Below, piece after piece: positions 29,531 through 39,077 of a stretch of 47,185 nucleotides of DNA. Position numbers and translations under genes: made by a program. Source of the stretch: Bdellovibrionota bacterium (lineage in GTDB: Bacteria; Bdellovibrionota_C; UBA2361; OMII01); NCBI GenBank assembly GCA_044356215.1, contig JBIKWQ010000018.1, forward strand, positions 1-47,185, given 5' to 3'. Positions within the stretch are counted from its first letter, which is position 1. Every line of letters begins with the position of its first letter. The notes under the pieces are model-generated. The model saw only the letters and a list, made by a program, of their open reading frames with translations, made no database searches and had not been told where the DNA came from.

Positions 29531-30004
29531 TTAATGTGGGCGGGGTAACTCCCCGTCCACATTAACTCTAGCTCCGGTGGCAATTCCAATACGGGCGCAA
29601 GTGCCTCCGGCCACCTCCAAAACATACTGGCTTAGAGCCTCAACCCCCCGCGGCTCCTCCGTCAGCGGGGGAGCGTTCTCCACAACACCAACAACCCGCC
29701 AATCCTTAGATATAAAGATCATATCGAGTGGAATAAGGGTGTTCTTCATCCAGAAAGAAAGATGCCGCTCTTCCGGAAAAAGAAAAAGCATGCCGGCCTT
29801 TGCTCCAAGCTCGCGCCTGAACATAAGCCCTTTCGACCGCTCCTGATTGTTCGAAGCCAACTCTACCGAGAAAGTCTCAAGCGTTTTATCCGAGTTAGAT
29901 AAGGTTAAGTCAACTGTTGGGACTCCGGACGCGCTCTTACAAGCTACTAGCGCGAATGTCGCTAGTCCAAGAAAGAAACGCTTAATCGCTCGATATGGGA
30001 CCAT
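29531..30004 (-). CDS. DUF192 family lipoprotein
   Basis: GLMFR, GMLFLF, FWMKNTLIPLDMIF, YVLEV, lipobox LVAC. Confidence 0.93.
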   Translation of the reverse strand: MVPYRAIKRFFLGLATFALVACKSASGVPTVDLTLSNSDKTLETFSVELASNNQERSKGLMFRRELGAKAGMLFLFPEERHLSFWMKNTLIPLDMIFISKDWRVVGVVENAPPLTEEPRGVEALSQYVLEVAGGTCARIGIATGARVNVDGELPRPH

Positions 30005-30006
30005 CC

Positions 30007-30987
30007 CTACCTATTCTTAAGCGCTTCGGTTAGTTGAGGAGCTACCTCAAAAAGATCAGCCACTAACCCATAATCGGCGACCTCAAATATCGGGGCGTCG
30101 GGGTCCTTATTTACAGCTACAATGACCTTAGAGTCCTTCATCCCAGCCAGATGCTGAATGGCGCCCGAGATCCCTAGAGCGATATACAGATTCGGCGCCA
30201 CTACTTTGCCCGTCTGTCCAACTTGCCAGTCATTTGGAGCATATCCCGAATCAACAGCGGCTCTAGAAGCGCCAACCGCCGCTTTCAGCACGTCAGCTAG
30301 GGGAAAGACGACCTTTTCGAAGTTCTCCGCTGAGCCAAGCGCTCTCCCGCCACTAACTACTACCTCTGCTTCAGAGAGTTGTGGTCTATCGGCCTTCGAA
30401 TGCTCATAGCCAACAACCTCACCAAACCTTGGCTGCTCGCGTAGCTCTGGATCCCCAGCCAGGGCCAGCTCAGCAACATCCCCCTTACTCCCCGACTTAG
30501 CGGCCGCCGCAAAAGCAGTTCCACGAACGGAAACGATCCTTGTCGACGTAAGTAGCTCAACGTCAGCCAATATATTTCCAGCATACATCGGCCTCTTTAA
30601 ACTTCCATCGTCGTTAACACCGATGATATCTGACGCCTGTGCTCCGTCTACCAACGCCGCTACCCGCGGAAGCAGATCCTTGCCGGTGCTACTGGCCAGG
30701 CCAACTAGCGTTGACGCTCCTAGTTCCTTCATAGCCAGAGCAAGACCGCGAGCATAAGGCTCGGCGCGATAACTCTCAAATAAAGAGCTCTCTGAATAGA
30801 GCACCTTCGACAACCCGAATTCAGAGATCTCCTGTGCCGCCGATGCCGCTCCCTGGCCGAGGGCTACTCCGACTATATCTCCCATGCCCCAAGCTGCTTT
30901 GAGCTGCTGACTCGCCGCCAGGGCGACTAGAGACCCCTTCAATATCTTGCCGTTATCGTGTTGAACAAAAAGTAGTACGCTAGACAT
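30007..30987 (-). CDS. etfA: Electron transfer flavoprotein alpha subunit
   Basis: VVSGGR, GASRAAVD, QVGQTGK, GISGAIQH. Confidence 0.97.
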   Translation of the reverse strand: MSSVLLFVQHDNGKILKGSLVALAASQQLKAAWGMGDIVGVALGQGAASAAQEISEFGLSKVLYSESSLFESYRAEPYARGLALAMKELGASTLVGLASSTGKDLLPRVAALVDGAQASDIIGVNDDGSLKRPMYAGNILADVELLTSTRIVSVRGTAFAAAAKSGSKGDVAELALAGDPELREQPRFGEVVGYEHSKADRPQLSEAEVVVSGGRALGSAENFEKVVFPLADVLKAAVGASRAAVDSGYAPNDWQVGQTGKVVAPNLYIALGISGAIQHLAGMKDSKVIVAVNKDPDAPIFEVADYGLVADLFEVAPQLTEALKNR

Positions 30988-31005
30988 TAGTTTTTCCCAA
31001 AAAAT

Positions 31006-31755
31006 TTAAAGAACCTTGGCCTCATTTTGAAGCGCCGAAAGAAGCTCCGCCACATCAGCGACTTTCCTTCCCGACTTCCTGCCAGCTGGAATGGAAAGCG
31101 ACTTAACGCGAGTCTTCACCTCGGACGAAACACCTAACGATTCAATTGAGACCTCCTCGAACGGCTTCTTCTTCGCCTTCATCAAATTAGGTAATGCCGC
31201 GTATCTCGGCTCGTTAAGCCTCAGATCGGTCGATACTACACACGGCATAGGAACTTTTAGGGTCTCTAGTCCACCGTCGACTTCGCGGGTAACGGTGGCG
31301 CATCCATTCTCTACTAACACCTTCGAAGCAAAACACGCCTGCGGGAGATTCAAGCGCCCCGCCAGTAGCTGCGCGGTTTGACTAGCGTCAGAATCGATCG
31401 CCTGCTTACCAAGAAGGATCATCTGGTAATCCCCCTTCTTGAAAACTTCAGCTATTACCCGCGACGCGAGGTCGGAATCCACCGGACCATCGTGCTTTAC
31501 AAGTATCGCTGAATCGGCCCCCATGGCTAGAGCGTACTCTAAGCGGTTACGTGTATCGGCCGGACCAACACTCACTAGCACTATCTCCGTGGCGATCCCT
31601 TTCTCCTTTAAACGGATAGCCTCCTCTACCGCTATCTCGTCGAACGTGTTGATGATCCACTTAATGCCTTCTGTCTGAATATTGGACCCGTCAGGAAGCA
31701 ACTTAAGCTTAATCTGCCAATCTGGAACTCTTTTTATTGGAACAAGTATCTTCAT
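31006..31755 (-). CDS. etfB: Electron transfer flavoprotein beta subunit
   Basis: KRVPD, FDEIAVEEA, GKQAIDSD, LNEPRY. Confidence 0.97.
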   Translation of the reverse strand: MKILVPIKRVPDWQIKLKLLPDGSNIQTEGIKWIINTFDEIAVEEAIRLKEKGIATEIVLVSVGPADTRNRLEYALAMGADSAILVKHDGPVDSDLASRVIAEVFKKGDYQMILLGKQAIDSDASQTAQLLAGRLNLPQACFASKVLVENGCATVTREVDGGLETLKVPMPCVVSTDLRLNEPRYAALPNLMKAKKKPFEEVSIESLGVSSEVKTRVKSLSIPAGRKSGRKVADVAELLSALQNEAKVL

Positions 31756-31801
31756 AGCTAAACTTTACCGTAACTTTTAGTATCTGTGCCAGAGTGATAA
31801 T

Positions 31802-31832
31802 AAAAAAGGCGCCCGCTCTCGCGGACGCCCTT
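31802..31832 (-). terminator. Intrinsic terminator after rpsA
   Basis: GGGCGTCCGC-GAGA-GCGGGCGCC hairpin followed by T6 on the minus strand. A second 13-bp perfect hairpin lies at 31840-31870. Confidence 0.8.
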
Positions 31833-31889
31833 CAATTTTTGAGCTCGAGGCAAATCCTGCCTCGAGCTCATCACGGTTAAACCCAGGAA

Positions 31890-33632
31890 TTACTCCTTGT
31901 CAGTACCGCGCATCTGCTCACGGATAAGATCTCCGAAGGTAACACGAGCACCCTCTTCCTCACCCATGTACGATGAGTCGTAGTCCTTACGAGCGCGCTC
32001 CTTAACTGAACGAGCACTTAAGCTAATACGACGCTCCTGAGTATCAACATTAGTTACCTCAGCCTCGATCTCGCTGCCTACAGAATATACCTGCGCAACG
32101 TCTTGACCTTGCTCAAGTCCGAGCTGCGAGTTGTGAATTAGACCCTCAACTCCTTCCTCGATCTCAACAAACACTCCGAACTCGGTGATCGCTGTTACGC
32201 GACCCTTCTTCTTAGTGCCAACTGGGTGACGTTGAGCGATCCAAATCCATGGATCCTCCGTCAACTGCTTGATACCAAGACTTAGACGCTCATTTGAGGC
32301 ATCGATATCGAGAACAACGGCCTCGACCTCATCGCCCTTCTTGAACATCTCCTGAATCTCTTTAGGATCCTTAACACGCTTGGTCCATGAGAAATCAGAG
32401 ATGTGAACGAGACCATCGATCCCATCCTCAACTCCCACGAAGATACCAAACTCAGTGATTGAGCGAACCTTGCCCTTAACACGAGATCCAACTGGGTGCA
32501 GACGCTGTAAGTCTTCCCACGGATTCTGCATAAGCTGCTTGAGACCAAGACTGATCCTCTGCTGCTCGCTGTCGATTCCGAGAATGACGGCCTCGACGGT
32601 ATCTCCCTCGTTCACGATCTTCGATGGATGACGAACCTTCTTAGTCCAGCTCATCTCTGATACGTGAATGAGCCCCTCGACTCCCTCTTCTAGCTCAACG
32701 AAAGCTCCGTAGTCAGTAACCGACTTAACACGCCCCTTGATGCGCCCACCGATTGGGAAACGCTCATGAGCAGTTAGCCATGGATCCTGAGTGAGCTGCT
32801 TCATACCCAAGCTCACTCTCTCCTTGTCCTGATCATACTTAAGAACTACTACTGGAACTGTCTGTCCAACTGAGAGCTTCTCTGATGGGTGATTGACGCG
32901 CCCCCACGAGATATCAGTAATGTGCAGTAGTCCATCAATACCGCCGAGGTCAATAAACGCTCCGTAGTCGGTAACGTTTTTAACCACACCCTCCATAACG
33001 ACTCCCTCTTGGAGCACTTTGAGGGTAGCTGTCCTTAACTCGTCACGCTCACTCAAGAGAACAGCGCGCCTAGAAAGAACGATATTGCCCTTGTCTCGGG
33101 TAATCTTGAGAACCTTGTAATCGAACTCCTGTCCGAGAAACTTATCGAGGTTACGGTGAGGCCGAATGTCGATCTGAGATCCAGGAAGAAATGCTGGAAT
33201 TCCGATATCAACCTGAAGGCCGCCCTTAACTTTCTGAGTAACCTTACCGGAGATTCTTGTACCAGCCTTGTATGCGGACTCAACGCTCTCCCAAACACGC
33301 TTCTGGTCAGCTTTCTCCTTTGATAGGAGTACCTGTCCCATGTCGTTCTCTAGTGCAACGATTAAAACATCAACCGCGTCGCCAACTTTTACGGCGATCT
33401 TTCCTTCAGCGTTTATAAACTGCTCTGTTGGAACAACACCCTCGGACTTAAATCCGATATCAACTGAAACCATCTCTCGACCAACACCGGTAACAACTCC
33501 CGGAACGATCTTGCCTGGTCGAATATTATCTACACGATCACGAAATAGCGCCTCGAACTCACTAGCGAACGATCCCTCGTCGCTATCACCTTTAAATCCA
33601 CCGAACGAGCCCGCTGAAAATGAACTAGCCAT
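31890..33632 (-). CDS. rpsA: 30S ribosomal protein S1
   Basis: Six S1 repeats (DIGFKSEG, AFLPGSQ, YGAFIDLGGIDGLLH...). Confidence 0.98.
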   Translation of the reverse strand: MASSFSAGSFGGFKGDSDEGSFASEFEALFRDRVDNIRPGKIVPGVVTGVGREMVSVDIGFKSEGVVPTEQFINAEGKIAVKVGDAVDVLIVALENDMGQVLLSKEKADQKRVWESVESAYKAGTRISGKVTQKVKGGLQVDIGIPAFLPGSQIDIRPHRNLDKFLGQEFDYKVLKITRDKGNIVLSRRAVLLSERDELRTATLKVLQEGVVMEGVVKNVTDYGAFIDLGGIDGLLHITDISWGRVNHPSEKLSVGQTVPVVVLKYDQDKERVSLGMKQLTQDPWLTAHERFPIGGRIKGRVKSVTDYGAFVELEEGVEGLIHVSEMSWTKKVRHPSKIVNEGDTVEAVILGIDSEQQRISLGLKQLMQNPWEDLQRLHPVGSRVKGKVRSITEFGIFVGVEDGIDGLVHISDFSWTKRVKDPKEIQEMFKKGDEVEAVVLDIDASNERLSLGIKQLTEDPWIWIAQRHPVGTKKKGRVTAITEFGVFVEIEEGVEGLIHNSQLGLEQGQDVAQVYSVGSEIEAEVTNVDTQERRISLSARSVKERARKDYDSSYMGEEEGARVTFGDLIREQMRGTDKE

Positions 33633-33797
33633 GCTAATACTAACTGCCTATCTGGTTCTATTGTTAATAAAAGATCTATTGCTCGCGACACCTGACCCTC
33701 TGAACCAAAAAAAGGGGTAGTATCGCCAAGCTGACCTCGCCACCCGCTGCGTGAATACAGGGAGAAATTCCTGAACGCCCAAAGCAAGCGACCCTCA

Positions 33798-33826
33798 ATA
33801 GTATTCCGTAAGCACTTCCCGGTCAA
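33798..33826 (-). promoter_or_regulatory. Putative sigma70 promoter of rpsA
   Basis: TTGACC-N17-TACTAT. Confidence 0.65.
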
Positions 33827-33843
33827 CAAGTACCCTGATTTAC

Positions 33844-34006
33844 TAGGGCGTCGCAGTGTTTTTGGTAAGCTGCTGAGACAATTAGTAAAATATTTTTTAC
33901 CACAGAGGACGCAGAGGACACAGAGAAAACCCCATAATTGCCCATAAAATGGCCGTTCTCTGTGTCCTCTGCGTCCTCTGTGGTGATAAAGAACTGCGAC
34001 GCCCTA
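33844..34006. mobile_element. 163-bp MITE (family A) with 14-bp TIR, 9-bp TSD and internal 29-bp hairpin
   Basis: TIR TAGGGCGTCGCAGT / ACTGCGACGCCCTA. TSD CTGATTTAC at 33835-43 and 34007-15. Perfect inverted repeat 33899-927 / 33956-984. Confidence 0.92.
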
Positions 34007-34065
34007 CTGATTTACTACAAAAAGCGAAGCTTTGGCCAACCGGATTTAGAAGCTCCAAGAGCTAA

Positions 34066-34704
34066 CTATTGAAATAACTCAGCAATCTCAGAGGGGCTCG
34101 GGGTTCCAGCACTCAGAGGAGAGTTGGGCCTACCCTCCCAAGCTGAGAAAAAATAGGTTAAAAGGACCCCGTAATAGTCCCGTTCACCCGGGCTGAGATC
34201 CCCTACGCCCATCAGATGACTCTCAAAACTCTTAACGGCGTCGAATACAGGCCCAGGTCCCGGACCGAACTCCTGAAGCCCCTCACTCAATCGACTAACT
34301 ACATCAACAAGATCGGTTCTCGGATAACGCCGTGGCTGAGCTGCTGTCTTCTTGGGCTGCGTCTTAGAGCTGCACGACTGGGCTATCTGCCGTAACAAAG
34401 CGCGACATGATGAGCACCCCTGCTCCTCTTCAACCGCCGCTTTACACACACGATAGACTCGGTCTCTCCTCATATCCGCGTCAAGCAACCGACACATCTC
34501 TTGAAAGAGAAGATTATACCTAGCCAGTGAATATAGCTGCGGCGCCTTATTTACCTCCGCTATAGGGGTCGATTTCCTCTTTGGGCGTTTCTTTTCTGTC
34601 GAGATCGCATCGTGCCGCGGCGTGAATGAGACATCTTGAGAGTCGGCGCGATCTAACGTGAGAATAGACAACAAAAAGAGTGTAACTAGAGAGAATGATC
34701 TCAT
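34066..34704 (-). CDS. Secreted Cys-containing hypothetical protein
   Basis: ATG 34704 gives the signal peptide MRSFSLVTLFLLSIL...ADS. The longer ORF start overlaps the pnp terminator. Confidence 0.65.
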   Translation of the reverse strand: MRSFSLVTLFLLSILTLDRADSQDVSFTPRHDAISTEKKRPKRKSTPIAEVNKAPQLYSLARYNLLFQEMCRLLDADMRRDRVYRVCKAAVEEEQGCSSCRALLRQIAQSCSSKTQPKKTAAQPRRYPRTDLVDVVSRLSEGLQEFGPGPGPVFDAVKSFESHLMGVGDLSPGERDYYGVLLTYFFSAWEGRPNSPLSAGTPSPSEIAELFQ

Positions 34705-34795
34705 CGACCAAAGGGAGCGCGATAAAATAGGTTTACCGACGGACAACCGCCTCTGCAACAAAACAAGGATGTACGCGTAGGCTGTGTCTCTCATG

Positions 34796-34852
34796 AAAAA
34801 AGTCCGAAGCAAGGGGCTAGCAATATATAGCGCTCGCCACCAGCTTCGGACT
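34796..34852 (-). terminator. Intrinsic terminator after pnp
   Basis: AGTCCGAAGC...GCTTCGGACT stem followed by a T-run on the minus strand. Confidence 0.75.
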
Positions 34853-34873
34853 ATTAGAAATCCCTTTCAGGAG

Positions 34874-36973
34874 TTACGCAATCTGATCTTTAATGTCAGC
34901 TTGAGCTTCCTTCATTGAGAGTCGGATCTTACCCTGACGGTCGATCTCTAGGACCTTGACCATCACCTCATCGCCCTCGCTAAGAACATCGTCCACACGA
35001 CGGATCTTCTCCTCAGCGATCTGCGAAATGTGAACCAAACCGTCTGTTCCTGGGAGGATCTCAACGAAGGCACCGAAATCCGCGAGTCTCTTAACGATTC
35101 CCTTGTAGATCTTACCAACCACAGCCTCTTGAGTAAGACTCTCGATGATAGCGATGGCGTTCTTTACCTTCTGTCCGTCATTGCTGGCGATACTTACAGT
35201 ACCGTCATCAGTGACCTCCATCTTCACACCGCAGGACTCTGTAATCGAGCGGATTGTTTTACCACCTGGTCCGATTACATCGCGGATACGATCAGGATTG
35301 ATCTTAATCTGTACGATACGCGGAGCATAACGACTGAGATCCTTGCGAGACGAATTAATCGCCTTACCCATCTCCTCAAGGATATGCAACCGGCCCTCTC
35401 TGGCCTGCAGCATCGCCTTGTCCATGATGTCGCGGCTCAGTCCCTTGATCTTGATATCCATCTGGAGGGCTGTGATACCCTTAGTGGTACCGCAAACCTT
35501 GAAATCCATATCACCAAGGTGATCCTCGTCTCCAAGGATATCAGTCAGAACAACGTACTTGCTGTCACGCTTGATCAGACCCATCGCCACGCCAGCGACA
35601 GGCGCCTTAACTGGCACACCTGCATCCATCAGAGCCAAGCTCGAACCGCACACAGTCGCCATCGAGCTCGAACCGTTGCTCTCAGTAATTTCTGAAACGA
35701 TACGAATCACGTACGGGAACTGCTTTATGTCTGGGACTACTGCGCGAATGGCACGCTCAGCCAACGCTCCATGACCGATCTCACGGCGTCCGGGTCCACG
35801 CATCGGCTTGGTCTCACCGACTGAGAACGGAGGAAAGTTGTAGTGCAACATGAAGGTCTTCGAAGCGTCGCCCATGAGACTATCAATCCTCTGAGCCTCT
35901 GCCTCTGTTCCCAACGTCGCTACCACTATCGCCTGTGTCTCTCCACGTGTGAAGAGCGAAGAACCGTGTGTGCGCGGAAGGAGGCCAACCTCTATGGCTA
36001 TCGGACGTACGGTCTTTGTATCACGCCCATCAAGTCTCATTCCCTCGTCTATAGCCAGGTCACGCACTACGTTGTAGTGAGTATCCTCAAAAGCCTTGCC
36101 GGCTAACTTGGCCGCTGCTGCCGCATTAGCGTCACCCTCTTTTACAAACTCTGCTACCAGTGCCTGCTTGGATCCACCTACAGCGTCACGACGAGCCAAC
36201 TTCTCGCGGAGCTTAACGGCTTCTTTTAACTTAGGAGTAACGAAAGCCACCATCTTAGCGTAGAGAGCCTCGTCGTACCCCTTCGCTGGAGTCTCCATCT
36301 TAGGCTTACCGATCTGCTTCTGGAGATCCAGCTGCATATCGTTGATTACCTGACACTGTTCATGAGCGAAGAAAAGGGCTTCCAGGACCTCAGTCTCTGG
36401 CACCTCCTGAGCGCCTCCCTCTACCATCACTATGGCATCGCGCGAACCCGCGACGATAAAGTTGAGGTCCGAATTCGGCACCTCGCTCTGCTTTGGATTA
36501 ATCACGAGCTTGCCGTTGATACGACCAACGCGCACCCCTGATACCGGCCCCTCAAATGGAAGATCGGAAACCGTTAGCGCAGCTGAAGCTCCGCACATCG
36601 CCAAAACATCTGTATCGTTCTCTTCATCGGCTGAGAGAACGGTCGCGATAACCTGAACCTCTCGGTGAAAATTATCTGGGAAAAGCGGACGGCATGGACG
36701 GTCGATTAACCGTGAAACCAAGGTCTCCTTTTCGCTAAGCTTACCTTCTCGCCTAAAGAAACCCCCTGGGATTTTGCCAGCGGCATATGTCTTCTCGAAG
36801 TAATCAACAGTCAGCGGGAAAAAATCAACGTCCTTCTCTGGTCCGTAACACACAGTTACGAGAACCATAGACTCACCGTACGTTACAAGCGCTGAACCAG
36901 CAGCTTGTTTAGCGATTTTGCCACACTCAATTTTTAGCTTCCTTCCGTGAAACTCTCTCTCTACCGTATACAT
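34874..36973 (-). CDS. pnp: Polyribonucleotide nucleotidyltransferase
   Basis: FFPLTVDY, RREIGHG, ESNGSSSMA, GDMDFKV, KH and S1 domains. Confidence 0.99.
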   Translation of the reverse strand: MYTVEREFHGRKLKIECGKIAKQAAGSALVTYGESMVLVTVCYGPEKDVDFFPLTVDYFEKTYAAGKIPGGFFRREGKLSEKETLVSRLIDRPCRPLFPDNFHREVQVIATVLSADEENDTDVLAMCGASAALTVSDLPFEGPVSGVRVGRINGKLVINPKQSEVPNSDLNFIVAGSRDAIVMVEGGAQEVPETEVLEALFFAHEQCQVINDMQLDLQKQIGKPKMETPAKGYDEALYAKMVAFVTPKLKEAVKLREKLARRDAVGGSKQALVAEFVKEGDANAAAAAKLAGKAFEDTHYNVVRDLAIDEGMRLDGRDTKTVRPIAIEVGLLPRTHGSSLFTRGETQAIVVATLGTEAEAQRIDSLMGDASKTFMLHYNFPPFSVGETKPMRGPGRREIGHGALAERAIRAVVPDIKQFPYVIRIVSEITESNGSSSMATVCGSSLALMDAGVPVKAPVAGVAMGLIKRDSKYVVLTDILGDEDHLGDMDFKVCGTTKGITALQMDIKIKGLSRDIMDKAMLQAREGRLHILEEMGKAINSSRKDLSRYAPRIVQIKINPDRIRDVIGPGGKTIRSITESCGVKMEVTDDGTVSIASNDGQKVKNAIAIIESLTQEAVVGKIYKGIVKRLADFGAFVEILPGTDGLVHISQIAEEKIRRVDDVLSEGDEVMVKVLEIDRQGKIRLSMKEAQADIKDQIA

Positions 36974-37143
36974 TTGTAATTCCTATCTCTTCATCTGATT
37001 AAACGGACTCCGAGCGGTAGATAAAACCTCCCGGCGACCAAACTGACCGGCCGTTAGCTACATAAAAAAGCGCCATTGGTGAGGTTTCAAACGACACACA
37101 CAAACCAAGCCGCGTCAGGCTAACGCCGGTATCGTAACGCGAA

Positions 37144-37497
37144 CTATTTGCGGAGGCCAAGAGCCGTAATTGTGTTGCGGTAACGCGAAATATCTTCGCG
37201 CTTTAGGTACTGCAACATCTGCTTACGGCGCGAGATGATATCCATCATTCCCTTCCGAGAGTGATTATCCTTCGGAAACTTAGCGAAATGCCTTGTAAGA
37301 AACTCAAGACGACGGGTTAACAGAGCTATCTGAACCTCTGGTGAGCCACAATCCTGAGAATTTCTTTGAAACTGCTTAACTACCTCACCTGGCTCTTTGT
37401 CTGACAAACGAAGAGAACCAACCGCTACATCTTCAGCGGTATAACCACCAGTTGTCCGCCTTGATTGAGCGGCTGTGTTTTCACCTGAGGATTCCAT
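37144..37497 (-). CDS. rpsO: 30S ribosomal protein S15 with N-terminal extension
   Basis: DCGSPEVQIALLT, KDNHSRKG, LGLRK. AGGAG RBS before ATG 37497. Confidence 0.95.
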   Translation of the reverse strand: MESSGENTAAQSRRTTGGYTAEDVAVGSLRLSDKEPGEVVKQFQRNSQDCGSPEVQIALLTRRLEFLTRHFAKFPKDNHSRKGMMDIISRRKQMLQYLKREDISRYRNTITALGLRK

Positions 37498-37597
37498 CCT
37501 AAGCTCCTAAATTAACAACAAATTAAGACAGATGTCGGCCTTATCGCCGCGCTTCTCTGCCCTTAATAATCATGCTTTCGCAAATACTTACCGCTGC

Positions 37598-37626
37598 AGG
37601 CTAACAGTCTGGCAGAAAAAAGTCAA
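37598..37626 (-). promoter_or_regulatory. Putative sigma70 promoter of rpsO-pnp
   Basis: TTGACT-N17-TAGCCT with TG extended -10. Confidence 0.6.
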
Positions 37627-37647
37627 AGCGGTCTTGAAACATAATCC

Positions 37648-37739
37648 GTGACTACTCACCGGATTCCTTGGACCGTTACAGTCATAGCATCGCTAAATCG
37701 GCTATAACGTTATTGCGGCAGACTAGGTTGAGTCGCTAC
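37648..37739. mobile_element. 92-bp degenerate MITE with IS66-like ends
   Basis: Ends GTGACTACTCACC / GTTGAGTCGCTAC. Flanks CATAATCC / CATAACCC (7/8 TSD). Core shared with 42493-42696. Confidence 0.7.
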
Positions 37740-37760
37740 CATAACCCAATCCTAACGAAT

Positions 37761-38585
37761 TTACTGACTACCGTCCTTGTGGTGAGCGGCTATCCCTCGC
37801 TCGGTATTCTCGATAAATGAGACGAAATCAATTCCCCTAGCGTTGTCCTTAACCAAAGCTTTAGCTATTGAAACACGATCCTTAAAGACCCTGTCCTGCG
37901 CTTCAGTACCCTGCGGGTTGAAAACAATCCGATAGACCTCGCGCAGCACAGCGAGATCGTCTCTAGTACCCCCGTTTCGCTCGAGACCAACGCGGTTCAA
38001 GCCCTGAACGGTAGCGCGGTCACCTTGAGCCATGCAATATGGCGGAATATCTTGGGCCACCATAGCACCAGCCCCGATCATGCACACGCTGCCGAGCCTG
38101 ACAAATTGATGGATCCCACTAAGGCCACCGATGATAACACCATCAGCTACAGTTACATGACCGGCCAACGCAGCGCTATTTGCTATAACACAACGATTCC
38201 CAACATGAGAATCGTGACCAACGTGTGTATTAGCCATGAATAGATTCTGATTGCCGATAGAGGTGAGCATACCTCCTCCTTGCGTACCTGGCTGTAGCGT
38301 TACGCACTCACGGATGATATTTCTATCGCCTATTTTCAGTTCGCTCGCCTCTCCGCGATACTTAAGATCCTGAGGCGCTGCCCCTACCGAAGCGAACTGA
38401 TAGATCGTATTTTCATCACCGATAATCGTATGACCCTCGATCACCACATGAGGACCCACAACGTTATTACGCCCTAGCCTAACGTTAGGCCCGATAATCG
38501 AATAAGGGCCTACCTTGGAGCCCTCTCCTATTATCGCTTCTGGAGCGACTATAGCCGTTGGATGGATAAGTGAGCTATCAGACAT
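37761..38585 (-). CDS. lpxA: UDP-N-acetylglucosamine acyltransferase
   Basis: IHPTAIV hexapeptide repeats, PQDLKY, HVGHD, LAGHV, IHQFVR. Confidence 0.97.
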   Translation of the reverse strand: MSDSSLIHPTAIVAPEAIIGEGSKVGPYSIIGPNVRLGRNNVVGPHVVIEGHTIIGDENTIYQFASVGAAPQDLKYRGEASELKIGDRNIIRECVTLQPGTQGGGMLTSIGNQNLFMANTHVGHDSHVGNRCVIANSAALAGHVTVADGVIIGGLSGIHQFVRLGSVCMIGAGAMVAQDIPPYCMAQGDRATVQGLNRVGLERNGGTRDDLAVLREVYRIVFNPQGTEAQDRVFKDRVSIAKALVKDNARGIDFVSFIENTERGIAAHHKDGSQ

Positions 38586-38597
38586 CTTAGTAAATAA

Positions 38598-39068
38598 CTA
38601 CGCTGCTGCGGCTGTTATAGTTCCGGTAGCGACGATGTTGCCATCAACCACGACATCACCTTCCATGACCCAGATCGGATTGCGCTTTCTAACACTGCGC
38701 ATGGTTATAGTGAGAGTGTCCCCAGGAAGGACCATCTTCTTCCACTTAAAACCATCAGCGCCTACCAGATAGAGATTCTTAGTCTTTAGCAGAACTGGCT
38801 CTGAATAACGGGCGAAAACCGCCGCTGCCTGAGCCATGGCCTCGCAGATAAGAACTCCCGGCATAACCGGCTTCTCAGGAAAATGCCCCTCAAAGAAGTG
38901 TTCATTTATCGTCACGTTTTTCTGGGCCACGATATAGGAATCAGGCACGAGATCAAGGATCTTGTCGATTAATAAAAACGGATATCTATGCGGCAGCCAT
39001 TTCTGGATCTCCATTATATCCATAGTCACTTTCTGTTCCTGCTGTTGCTCAGCCTTAGATTCCCCCAT
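38598..39068 (-). CDS. fabZ: 3-hydroxyacyl-ACP dehydratase
   Basis: LPHRYPFLLID, GHFPEKPVMPGVL.EAMAQ. Confidence 0.97.
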   Translation of the reverse strand: MGESKAEQQQEQKVTMDIMEIQKWLPHRYPFLLIDKILDLVPDSYIVAQKNVTINEHFFEGHFPEKPVMPGVLICEAMAQAAAVFARYSEPVLLKTKNLYLVGADGFKWKKMVLPGDTLTITMRSVRKRNPIWVMEGDVVVDGNIVATGTITAAAA

Positions 39069-39077
39069 TTCGTACTC

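Noticed and set aside
34066..34704. c-type cytochrome
   Set aside because: CSSC is followed by R rather than H, so there is no CxxCH heme motif.
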